From assembly GCA_026193155.1 (NCBI GenBank), contig JAPHSI010000136.1, positions 1 to 34,236 on the forward strand: a stretch of DNA of 34,236 bases, given 5' to 3'. Position 1 is the stretch's first letter. Each line of letters opens with the position of its first letter. This DNA is from Sulfurimonadaceae bacterium (GTDB lineage: Bacteria > Campylobacterota > Campylobacteria > Campylobacterales > Sulfurimonadaceae). The notes under the pieces are model-generated. The model was not told the origin of the DNA and did not search any database. It saw nothing but the letters and a program-made list of their open reading frames with translations. Positions 9,055 through 17,126 of the stretch are shown here, piece by piece. The translations under genes and the position numbers were made by a program.

Positions 9055-10187
9055 TAGTTTTTCCCTTCATAAATAAATATACCTGATGGTTTTTTAATTT
9101 GAAATATCTCTCTACTTAACCACCAACCTTCAGTATTTAATACTGCAATTTTATTTGTATCATTTACTGATACATATAGATTTGGTCTAACTTTTGACCA
9201 TCTAACATGAAGGACTTTTCCGTCAAACTCAAATCTTTTTATAATTTTTAACGTTTTAGTATCTATAATCTGAATCACAGGAAATTTTTTGCCGCTAAAA
9301 GTAACAGCTAAATATTTTTTATCTGGTGATAATGATGTAAATACAGGTAAACCTTCTGTCTCTATATTTTTAACATGTTTAAAATCAGGTGTATATACCA
9401 TTACTTTATTATTTCCAACTGCTGGTATGAAAACATGTCCCCCACCAATAGACCAAAATCCAAAATGAGGTACTTTTAATACCGGTTTTCTATCTTCTAA
9501 CATAATTTTTATTTTTGAGTATTTCATAGTATCTAAATCAACTACGCCAAAGTGCTCACTTTGAAAAAAACCAGTTATAAAGTTATTGTCTTTAATCATG
9601 GCGTCAAAAGGCATTACACCAACATCTTCAAACTCTTTATAGATAACAAAATGTGGTTTTCCTTTTCCCTCATTTGTATCTTTTAGAACTGTTATTTTGT
9701 CATTGTCCATTTGCGAGAATATAAGATAATCTTTATATATTTTAATCCCGACATTCTTACTTCCAGTATTAAAAGACTGAAGCGGTTTTAAATCACGATC
9801 AAGTATATCTACACTTTTTTTAGCATAATTTGCAACTGCTAGATAATTTTCATTGATTGTAAATCCAATAGCACTATCACTAGTTTTATATTCAGCTAAA
9901 ATCTTTTCACTCTCTGGATCAAATTTAACAACATATCCATCACGACTTATCACATATCCATCATGTCCTGAAAACTTAACAACACCATGGTTCATATTGT
10001 GTATACCTTTGATATGTCCACTTGGTATACCTTTTTCAATGATTGCCAAAGAATTACTTTCTCTCTCAACAACAAAGATTTTTTCATTTGTATCTAGCAT
10101 TGCTTTAATCGGATTAATACTTTGAGCTTCAACACTAACTAATAATGATGAAACCAAAGTTGCCGTATAAAATATTTTTTTTATCAT
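9054..10187 (-). CDS. nirF: Heme d1 maturation protein NirF (periplasmic d1-type beta-propeller)
   Basis: Sec signal, VVERE..S, NH, SRDGYV, PFDAMI, KVPHFGFW, VLH, PSGIF motifs matching NirF; no CxxCH. Confidence 0.88.
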   Translation of the reverse strand: MIKKIFYTATLVSSLLVSVEAQSINPIKAMLDTNEKIFVVERESNSLAIIEKGIPSGHIKGIHNMNHGVVKFSGHDGYVISRDGYVVKFDPESEKILAEYKTSDSAIGFTINENYLAVANYAKKSVDILDRDLKPLQSFNTGSKNVGIKIYKDYLIFSQMDNDKITVLKDTNEGKGKPHFVIYKEFEDVGVMPFDAMIKDNNFITGFFQSEHFGVVDLDTMKYSKIKIMLEDRKPVLKVPHFGFWSIGGGHVFIPAVGNNKVMVYTPDFKHVKNIETEGLPVFTSLSPDKKYLAVTFSGKKFPVIQIIDTKTLKIIKRFEFDGKVLHVRWSKVRPNLYVSVNDTNKIAVLNTEGWWLSREIFQIKKPSGIFIYEGKN

Positions 10188-10191
10188 AATA

Positions 10192-11310
10192 TTATCTCCT
10201 TCTCTCTTCTTGAGTTAAATAACAAGATGGGTCTTCACTCCATAAATCTCCGGTAATTGCATATGCACGAGCACGACTTCCACCGTTACAAATATCTATT
10301 TGTTCACAATCACTACATATTCCACTTATCTGCTTTCTAGGATGCGTTCTTAGTTGTTCTAACAATTCTCCTTTTTGCCAAATATCACTAAAGTCTTGCT
10401 CTAAAATATTTCCTATAGTAATAGGGAAAAATGGGTCAGGTCTTACATCACCTTCACTATTTATATTTAATAGTTTTCTACCTGCAGAGTTTCCACCCCA
10501 TGCTACAAGACGATCTCTCATCTTATCTTTTAAATCCGGGTATTCTTTTGCAAATCTCTCTAAAAAGACAACTGCATCCATCTCCATATTCCCCGTAACT
10601 ATTTCTATATCACGACCCTCTTTGTGGTACTGGAATGCTTTATCTAATATAAAATCAACCGCTTCTCTGCGTTGTTCTTTTGTTAAATCCATTTTAAGAT
10701 TATCTAATCCACGACCTGAGTAAACCAGATGCGATATATATATTTTTGGGATATTCTCTTTCTCAACCATATCGAAAATATATTCTAATGAGTTAATGGT
10801 GTCTTTTGTCATAGTAAAACGGATTCCTACTTTAGCACCTGTGGAATTAGCAAGTTTTACAGCTTTTAAAGTCTCAACGAAAGCACCCTTCAAACCACGG
10901 AAATAATCATGAGTCTCTTCATCACCATCGATAGACACACCTACATAGTTAAAAGTGTCAACTATTTTATTGATATTTGACTTTGTAAAATATAATCCAT
11001 TACTTGAAAGGTAAGTTATTATTCCGTTTTCTTTACAAAAATCAGCTATCTCAAATAAATCTTTCCTTGTCAAAGGCTCACCGCCCGAGAATATTATAAA
11101 TTTTATACCGTTTTCTTTCATTTGCAAGATTGTTTTTTTAATCTGAGGTGTAGTTAGAGTATCGACTTCATCCAAAGTAGATTTTGAATAACAATGCAGA
11201 CATGAGAGGTTACATCTGTTTGTAAAATTCCAAATAGCAATCGCGCCGTCTAAAACTCTAGGGTTTTGGTCTTGTACTACTGATTTTATTAAGTTTGTTA
11301 ATCTAAACAT
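10192..11310 (-). CDS. nirJ: Heme d1 biosynthesis radical SAM/SPASM protein NirJ
   Basis: WNFTNRCNLSCLHCY (CxxxCxxC), SGGEP, YISHLVYSGRG, SPASM CSDC..ICNGGSRARA...DPSCY. Confidence 0.92.
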   Translation of the reverse strand: MFRLTNLIKSVVQDQNPRVLDGAIAIWNFTNRCNLSCLHCYSKSTLDEVDTLTTPQIKKTILQMKENGIKFIIFSGGEPLTRKDLFEIADFCKENGIITYLSSNGLYFTKSNINKIVDTFNYVGVSIDGDEETHDYFRGLKGAFVETLKAVKLANSTGAKVGIRFTMTKDTINSLEYIFDMVEKENIPKIYISHLVYSGRGLDNLKMDLTKEQRREAVDFILDKAFQYHKEGRDIEIVTGNMEMDAVVFLERFAKEYPDLKDKMRDRLVAWGGNSAGRKLLNINSEGDVRPDPFFPITIGNILEQDFSDIWQKGELLEQLRTHPRKQISGICSDCEQIDICNGGSRARAYAITGDLWSEDPSCYLTQEERRR

Positions 11311-11615
11311 TATTTACCTTTATAGGAGAGTATATATTCGCTTAGTGATTCTATCTCTGCATCACTAAGGTTAAACTGTGTCATAACTGTTCTTTTATAG
11401 CCAAATGCTTTATACATAGATTTTGGGCTAATTATATATGCCTGTATCTCTTCTTTTGTACGTTTAGAAGCTATTTCAGAAAAAGGAGGTCCAAAAGCCA
11501 CCGCAGTTTGATGATGACAACCCCAACAATGCGTCTCAAATAGTTTTTTACCATTTAAGTCTTTTGAATATAGTAATGAAGATAAAACCGCTAACACTAA
11601 AATATATTTTTTCAT
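11310..11615 (-). CDS. Small periplasmic monoheme cytochrome c (NirC/NirM-like)
   Basis: Signal peptide from MKKYIL (ATG 11615 preferred over 11627), single CWGCH, FGPP and distal Met; first gene of the heme d1 operon. Confidence 0.85.
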   Translation of the reverse strand: MKKYILVLAVLSSLLYSKDLNGKKLFETHCWGCHHQTAVAFGPPFSEIASKRTKEEIQAYIISPKSMYKAFGYKRTVMTQFNLSDAEIESLSEYILSYKGK

Positions 11616-11674
11616 ACCTGTTCCCATTGAATTATTAATCCCTAAAAAGGATTTATAATTAATTATATAATTAA

Positions 11675-11716
11675 AGAATATCTTTTTATTGTATATTAAT
11701 CGTTGACTTTAATCAA
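11675..11716 (-). promoter_or_regulatory. DNR/FNR-type box and -10 of the cyt c-nirJFE-HK-RR operon
   Basis: TTGAC-TTTA-ATCAA at 11703-11716; TATTCT on - strand at 11675-11680, 22 nt away (class II geometry). Confidence 0.8.
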
Positions 11717-11802
11717 TTTTGACAACATTTATATAAAATTTGGGAAAAAAGTGTGAAGTTTGTCAATTTGAAACAATATTGTGATTTTTTATAAAAGAAG
11801 GG

Positions 11803-11824
11803 TTTCTCTCCAAGAGGAGAGAAA
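11803..11824 (-). terminator. Probable intrinsic terminator after nirS
   Basis: Perfect 9-bp stem TTTCTCTCC-aaga-GGAGAGAAA 7 nt after the nirS stop, followed on - strand by CCCTTCTTTTAT. Confidence 0.75.
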
Positions 11825-11831
11825 AGTGCGA

Positions 11832-13472
11832 TTAAGCACCTGGAATAGTTTGTCTATGCTCGATAGAGTAAGTAAAAGTTGGAGTTGTTAAACCTTTAAT
11901 ATATTTAACAAATTTACCAGTTTTAGCTTCATAAATACCGATACGACCAGCATTCCATTCAGAAATCATAGTCCAGTGACCGTGATTTGCAGGCTCTGCG
12001 TGTAAAATACGAGGAGTTACAGCTTTACCTTTAGCGTCTTTAACAGTTGGAACATTCCAGCTATAAAGAACTTTGTGAGTTACAGGATCTGTAACAGTAC
12101 CTTTACTAGTACCAACAGTAATGATTCTATCTAACTCTAAAGTTTGTTTATTGATTAAGTGAACTTTATTCCAGTTAGTTGCTCCACCAAGTACATTATC
12201 AGCCCATAAGAATGGCGTATGCTCAGATGTACCGATGAATAGACCACCACCACCGATTGGGATTTGACGGATTACATCAAAGTTATCATCCCAGATAGTT
12301 ACTTGACCTAAGTTCATGTTAACTGTAGCACCAAGTTGTTGGTTTAGACCTTCGTGGAACCAAGAAGAACCTTGACCTGGGTGTGGCTTAGCAGATGGAC
12401 CAGTATAGATTTTAGTAACTAAAGATTTAGTTTTAAAGTCAACTACACCAACAACATCAGAACCTTGAGAAGCGATAAATAAGTATCTACCAATCTCTTT
12501 ACCTTCATTTAGGAAACCATCGTGAAGAATTTTACCGATATTTGGAATATCACCAACGATTGGGAAATCCGGTTTAGAATAATCTACGATATAAACGTGA
12601 CCACCATCTTTAAGTGCAAACGCGATATATGGACCGTATGGAGTGTCAAAAATACCAGCTACACGAGATGAACCGATGTTTCCATCAGGATCGATTACAG
12701 ATGAAGTAGGATAAACTTTTAATGGCTCAAGAGTCATAGCGTCCATTAAAATAGCACCACCCGGAGTGTAGTTACCAGCCATTAGGTATTTACCGTCTGG
12801 AGATACCGCTAGACCACGTGATTCTTCACCAACTTGAACTTCAGCAATTTTTTGTTGACCCGGAGTGTTTAGGTCGAACATTGTAACTAAACCTGAACGA
12901 GAGATAGAATATGCATAACGTGGTTGACGTTTATTTGTAACTGTTACGTGAACAGCAAATCCAGCTTTATGCTTAGATAAAACTTTACCGTTTGTACCAT
13001 CTACGAATGCAACTCTATATGCATCACGCTCAGTTACGAAACAGATATCAGTATTTTTCTTAACATCTACAGCCTGTGGATATTTTTTGAAAAATTTATT
13101 TCTATCATTAAGTTTTTTCCAACCAGCTTTTACATTTTCTAAAGTAAGTTGTTTAACTTTTTTACCTTTAAAGTGTTGAAGATAATCAACCATTTTATCA
13201 GCATCATCTTTTTTGAATTTTTCTTTAAACGGAGGCATAGCAGTACCAGGACGACCATTTAAAATAGTTTCAGCTAACATATAAGAATTTTTCTTATCGA
13301 TAACTTTTGGACGTAAATCAGAACCAACACCACCTTCGTGATTTGGACCGTGACAACCTTGACACTCTTTTTCAAATACTTTTTCAACATCCATGTTAGA
13401 TGTTCCAGCAAATAAACCCGACGATACTACTGCTAAAGCAGCAACTGATGTAACTAATTTGTTTAATCTCAT
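11832..13472 (-). CDS. nirS: Cytochrome cd1 nitrite reductase NirS
   Basis: Start at MRLNK (ATG 13472, AAGGAG SD); signal peptide; c-heme CQGCH...AMPP; d1 domain with FAVH, ILHDG and PHPGQG histidines. Confidence 0.96.
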   Translation of the reverse strand: MRLNKLVTSVAALAVVSSGLFAGTSNMDVEKVFEKECQGCHGPNHEGGVGSDLRPKVIDKKNSYMLAETILNGRPGTAMPPFKEKFKKDDADKMVDYLQHFKGKKVKQLTLENVKAGWKKLNDRNKFFKKYPQAVDVKKNTDICFVTERDAYRVAFVDGTNGKVLSKHKAGFAVHVTVTNKRQPRYAYSISRSGLVTMFDLNTPGQQKIAEVQVGEESRGLAVSPDGKYLMAGNYTPGGAILMDAMTLEPLKVYPTSSVIDPDGNIGSSRVAGIFDTPYGPYIAFALKDGGHVYIVDYSKPDFPIVGDIPNIGKILHDGFLNEGKEIGRYLFIASQGSDVVGVVDFKTKSLVTKIYTGPSAKPHPGQGSSWFHEGLNQQLGATVNMNLGQVTIWDDNFDVIRQIPIGGGGLFIGTSEHTPFLWADNVLGGATNWNKVHLINKQTLELDRIITVGTSKGTVTDPVTHKVLYSWNVPTVKDAKGKAVTPRILHAEPANHGHWTMISEWNAGRIGIYEAKTGKFVKYIKGLTTPTFTYSIEHRQTIPGA

Positions 13473-13501
13473 TTTATTTCTCCTTCTAAAATAAAGATAT
13501 A

Positions 13502-13524
13502 GCGAGGCCCCAAAGGGGCCCTGC
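13502..13524 (-). promoter_or_regulatory. GC-rich stem-loop in front of nirS
   Basis: mRNA-sense GCAG-GGCCCC-UUU-GGGGCC-UCGC, striking in AT-rich DNA; ~18 nt upstream of the nirS SD. Confidence 0.7.
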
Positions 13525-13539
13525 AAACTAAATAACTTA

Positions 13540-13692
13540 TTAACCCTCTTGCTCTAAACGAGCTTTCTCTTGTTTGTAAATCCAAATCATTGGAAGTACA
13601 ATCACTGTGTGAAGAAAGATAGTTAGAGTAAGTGGACCTTGATTTAACCAACCAAAAAAGCTTGGTACAACATCTACAAATGGTTCAAACAT
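13540..13692 (-). CDS. Unannotated 50-aa single-TM protein between norB and nirS
   Basis: MFEPFVDVVPSFFGWLNQGPLTLTIFLHTVIVLPMIWIYKQEKARLEQEG*; AAGGAG SD overlapping the norB TAA; hydrophobic helix followed by charged tail. Confidence 0.85.
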   Translation of the reverse strand: MFEPFVDVVPSFFGWLNQGPLTLTIFLHTVIVLPMIWIYKQEKARLEQEG

Positions 13693-13703
13693 AATATTTC
13701 TCC

Positions 13704-15140
13704 TTATCTTTCGTGAACTGGGTTTTTACCAGTACTTAAAAAGTCTTTTATTAAGAATAAGAAACCTAGGAACGTAACCGCACCCATAACAAGTCTCCAA
13801 TCCATTGCTTGTGCAAACCACATACCAGACTGACCATCAAAATAAGCAGCCCATGTAGCACCCATTTGTGCACGAGACACAAGTACTTGAACATATCCTG
13901 CAATTGTTAACGCTACAGTCATTCCAACAACACCTGATGTAATTAAACTTACAGCCCAGATAGATGCTTTAGTATGCTTAAGAACTTTGATTCCGTTTGA
14001 GCCTTGAATTGCTAAGTACATCATACCAAGTAAAATCGTTGCATAAGCTCCAAAGAATGCCAAGTGACCGTGTGCCGATGTAAACTGCGTACCGTGAGTA
14101 TATAGGTTTACTTGTGGTAATGTGTGGAAGAATCCCCAGATACCTGCACCTAAGAAGTTACCAAATGCATTTAAAACAAACCATGTAAACGCAGGTTTAT
14201 TTGTAACAACAGATTTAACATGATCTTCATCTATATGACCTTCACCCATCTCTTGACCTTGAGTTTTACCCCAGTCATAAAGAACGTGAATAAACATAGC
14301 CACAAGCGGTAACGGCTCTAGTGCAGAGAATAACGCACCGATTTCCCACCAGTACTCAGGTGTACCAATCCAGAAATAGTGGTGACCTAAACCTAAGATA
14401 CCTGAACCAAATAGCATAGCTACCTCGATCCATAACCACATCTCAACTACTTTACGGTGTGCACCGATAATAGTGATAAGACCATAAGCTGCTAATGCAC
14501 CAACGAAAACTTCCCAAGTAGCTTCAACCCATAAGTGGATTACCCACCACCACCAGTATTGATCCATAGAGATATTATCAGTAAAGAACATACCACATAG
14601 ATATAAACCTGAGAAAGCGATCATATCAGCCATTAATACTGTTACGATTCCTGAACGTTGACCTTTCATTCCCGTTAAGAAAAGATTAGCAACAAATCCA
14701 AGAGCTACCACAACAATACCAAAGTCAGCCCATCTTGGAGCTTCGATATACTCACGACCTTCATTAATAAACCAGATTGTAGTTTCGTCTGCCGGTCCAA
14801 CTTGAACAAGTAGATATACTAAAACAACAACAACGATTGCTGCTGCAAAGATCCAGAATAATAATTTACCAAGTTTAATACCAACTGTCTCAATTCCAGT
14901 TTCATCAGGTAATAACCAATAAACTGAACCAAACATTGCAAATACCATCCATACAACAAGTGCATTAATGTGTATCATTCTAGCAACAGAGAAATCAATA
15001 ATTTCAAATAAAAAGCCAGGCATTACATACTGAATAGCTGCAACAAGACCAAATAGTAACTGTGCACCAAATATGATAGCTGCAAAAGTAAAATACCATG
15101 TAGCTAACTGTTTTGACTCTGATGTTATATTATTTGCCAT
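13704..15140 (-). CDS. norB: Cytochrome c-dependent nitric oxide reductase large subunit
   Basis: RMIHINA, GREYIEAP, WWWWVIHLWVEATWE, GLGHHYFWIG, SALEPLP, HGHLAFFGAY heme/FeB ligands. Confidence 0.97.
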   Translation of the reverse strand: MANNITSESKQLATWYFTFAAIIFGAQLLFGLVAAIQYVMPGFLFEIIDFSVARMIHINALVVWMVFAMFGSVYWLLPDETGIETVGIKLGKLLFWIFAAAIVVVVLVYLLVQVGPADETTIWFINEGREYIEAPRWADFGIVVVALGFVANLFLTGMKGQRSGIVTVLMADMIAFSGLYLCGMFFTDNISMDQYWWWWVIHLWVEATWEVFVGALAAYGLITIIGAHRKVVEMWLWIEVAMLFGSGILGLGHHYFWIGTPEYWWEIGALFSALEPLPLVAMFIHVLYDWGKTQGQEMGEGHIDEDHVKSVVTNKPAFTWFVLNAFGNFLGAGIWGFFHTLPQVNLYTHGTQFTSAHGHLAFFGAYATILLGMMYLAIQGSNGIKVLKHTKASIWAVSLITSGVVGMTVALTIAGYVQVLVSRAQMGATWAAYFDGQSGMWFAQAMDWRLVMGAVTFLGFLFLIKDFLSTGKNPVHER

Positions 15141-15783
15141 TTACTGCTCCTTGCATTCTTCCAAAGTTTCTTGGGAATCCATTCGTATCTATTGATGACA
15201 TATGCTTAAGAAATGCCACTAAACCTTTAGCCTCTTCTGCTGTAATACCAAGGTTTGGCATCATACGAGCATGTGTCGGATAAGTTGATGGATGTTGTAA
15301 GAACTCAGCCATTGCTTCTTCTTTTGTATTTTTTCCTGTCATTGCCTGCATTGAACCAGTCGGTCCCCATGCTGGGTCTAACCATGCTTTTGTTAAATCC
15401 GGAGCATAATATGCACCATTTCCAAGTAAAGTATGACAGTTCATACAGTTTTTAGCTTGTGAACCTAGTTTACCTAAGTGAAGCAAAGACGCTGCTTCTT
15501 CTTCAGACCAGTCATCACGACCAAAAAACTTTTCTTTTTCCCCAATCACCGGAACTTCATGACCACGTTTTGTGTCCATTTCGTAAGTGATTTTGTAATT
15601 AATAACCGTTGGAGCTGGAACTCTCTTAGTTACGCCACTTTGTAAGTCAGCGTCAGTACCCATTGAAATTTGACCCATTGAGTCAAATGTTAACCAAATT
15701 AGTAATACTGATGCAAATCCTGTAATCCACGCCGCCGAACGTTGCCAGAAACGATTATCACTCCATACAGATTTTTTAGCCAC
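15130..15783 (-). CDS. norC: Nitric oxide reductase cytochrome c subunit (long form)
   Basis: N-terminal TM, CMNCHTLLGNGAYYAPDLTK, RMMPNLG; GTG start with AGGAGG SD; overlaps norB start. Confidence 0.96.
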   Translation of the reverse strand: MAKKSVWSDNRFWQRSAAWITGFASVLLIWLTFDSMGQISMGTDADLQSGVTKRVPAPTVINYKITYEMDTKRGHEVPVIGEKEKFFGRDDWSEEEAASLLHLGKLGSQAKNCMNCHTLLGNGAYYAPDLTKAWLDPAWGPTGSMQAMTGKNTKEEAMAEFLQHPSTYPTHARMMPNLGITAEEAKGLVAFLKHMSSIDTNGFPRNFGRMQGAVNGK

Positions 15784-15821
15784 TGTACCCTCCTATTTTT
15801 ATTGTTGATATATACTTATTG

Positions 15822-16148
15822 TTAATGTTCATTCTCTTCATGAACATTATCTTGCATGTAATAGACTGCATGTGGAAGTAATAATAGTCCAAAAGCAGCA
15901 ACAACTAATGCTTTTGCCGTAAACTCACCAACATGCATTAAATTTCCCATTATATATAAACAGTATGCTGTTAACACCCAAAAAAAATACCCAATAGGCA
16001 TTGTCCATTTTTTAAGTAAATTAACTTTTACAGCCGTATATATACCAACATAGAAACCTCCAAATATTAAAACGAACGCAGAAGATACAAAGATTGGTAA
16101 GAAATCATCTAATGCAATTTCCGGTCTGATTATTACTGGGTCAATCAT
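15822..16148 (-). CDS. 108-aa three-TM protein, first gene of the nor-nirS operon (NorH-like candidate)
   Basis: Three hydrophobic segments, His/acidic C-terminus PHAVYYMQDNVHEENEH; GAGGAG SD; directly upstream of norC. Confidence 0.8.
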   Translation of the reverse strand: MIDPVIIRPEIALDDFLPIFVSSAFVLIFGGFYVGIYTAVKVNLLKKWTMPIGYFFWVLTAYCLYIMGNLMHVGEFTAKALVVAAFGLLLLPHAVYYMQDNVHEENEH

Positions 16149-16193
16149 TTTTTTCTCCTCTAGATTCGTTTTTAGTTCTTCAGAATCGTATGA

Positions 16194-16235
16194 AGTTTAG
16201 CACTATTTAAAATTGCTTCCATTGACTTAAATCAA
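16194..16235 (-). promoter_or_regulatory. DNR/FNR-type box and extended -10 of the nor-nirS operon
   Basis: TTGAC-TTAA-ATCAA at 16222-16235; TGc-TAAACT on - strand (hexamer 16194-16199), 22 nt spacing. Confidence 0.85.
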
Positions 16236-16363
16236 TTTTTTTATTTAATTTATATTTTAAGTTTGTATTAAAATTATCTGTTACCTTATGAAACAATGTT
16301 AAAAAAATAACAATTTTTACTAATACTGTCACAAATATGTCATATATAATATGTTAATGGATA

Positions 16364-16555
16364 TTATATATAGTATAGCAAAGAGGAAAGAGTTAGTGTA
16401 AATACTATAGTGAATAAAATGACTACTTTACGCTTCGTAGCCTCGTTAATAGCGTACTTTTCTTCTAAAAAGTCACCTAATTTTAAACCTGGATATACTG
16501 TAAAAAGCAGCATCGGAAAACACATTACTAAGATTATGACGATATCTAAAACCAT
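16364..16555 (-). CDS. 63-aa two-TM hypothetical protein
   Basis: Two hydrophobic helices separated by a charged loop; fills gap between nor promoter and divergent lipoprotein. Confidence 0.65.
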   Translation of the reverse strand: MVLDIVIILVMCFPMLLFTVYPGLKLGDFLEEKYAINEATKRKVVILFTIVFTLTLSSLLYYI

Positions 16556-16567
16556 TATTAAAACTTT

Positions 16568-16636
16568 ATGATAATTTTTTATTTAATATTTAAATTGACT
16601 TGCATCAATTCCTTTTATTGAGCGTTATTATATCAT
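16568..16636. promoter_or_regulatory. DNR/FNR-type box with -10 hexamers on both sides
   Basis: TTGAC-TTGC-ATCAA at 16595-16608; TATCAT at 16631-16636 (+, 22 nt) and TATCAT at 16568-16573 (-, 21 nt). Confidence 0.78.
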
Positions 16637-16666
16637 ATAATCACTTTTAAACTTAAGGAGTGTGTA

Positions 16667-17065
16667 ATGAAAAATGGTTTTATATCTGTCGCTTTAATCT
16701 TAGCTGTTCCATTTGTATTTTTAACTGGTTGTGGAGGGACTTCACCGAGTCCTGGTTTTTCTGTAGAAAAAGAAAAACATACTGAGGGTACTTTGTATCT
16801 TAATCATAATAATAAAAATTCTCTGGAACATATTATAGAAAAAGCTGCTGCAAATTCTGGATGGGATATAACAAAATTCAAAAGTGACAGAGTAATAGCT
16901 GAAAGAGTTGATGGGGATACAACTTATTCTACTACTTTAAAATTATTTGAACGTGATAGATGTATAGAATTTGAAAATGGAAGTGATACATCTGATTCTG
17001 ATGTTTCAGACTTACGTGATGCAATAGAGGATGAGGCAGAAAAAAGCTCATCTAATAGTCATTAA
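16667..17065 (+). CDS. Hypothetical lipoprotein
   Basis: Lipobox FLTG-C; AAGGAG SD. Confidence 0.8.
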   Translation: MKNGFISVALILAVPFVFLTGCGGTSPSPGFSVEKEKHTEGTLYLNHNNKNSLEHIIEKAAANSGWDITKFKSDRVIAERVDGDTTYSTTLKLFERDRCIEFENGSDTSDSDVSDLRDAIEDEAEKSSSNSH

Positions 17066-17068
17066 TCT

Positions 17069-17122
17069 AACTATATTATGCAACTTAAATTCAACTAGTT
17101 TGAATCCAAGTTGTATATAGTT
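17069..17122. terminator. Imperfect inverted repeat between convergent genes
   Basis: AACTATAT..CAACTT-aa-ATTCAA-ctagt-TTGAAT-cc-AAGTTG..ATATAGTT. Confidence 0.6.
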
Positions 17123-17126
17123 CTTT

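Noticed and set aside
13473-13526. N-terminal extension of NirS (MQGPFGAS...) including an RRR that might suggest a Tat signal
   Set aside because: It is the translation of the hairpin and SD; ATG 13472 has a strong AAGGAG and gives a normal Sec signal.
13469-13651. 60-aa track ORF on - strand between norB and nirS
   Set aside because: No SD, runs through the GC hairpin and nirS SD, and overlaps out of frame the better supported 50-aa ORF at 13540-13692.
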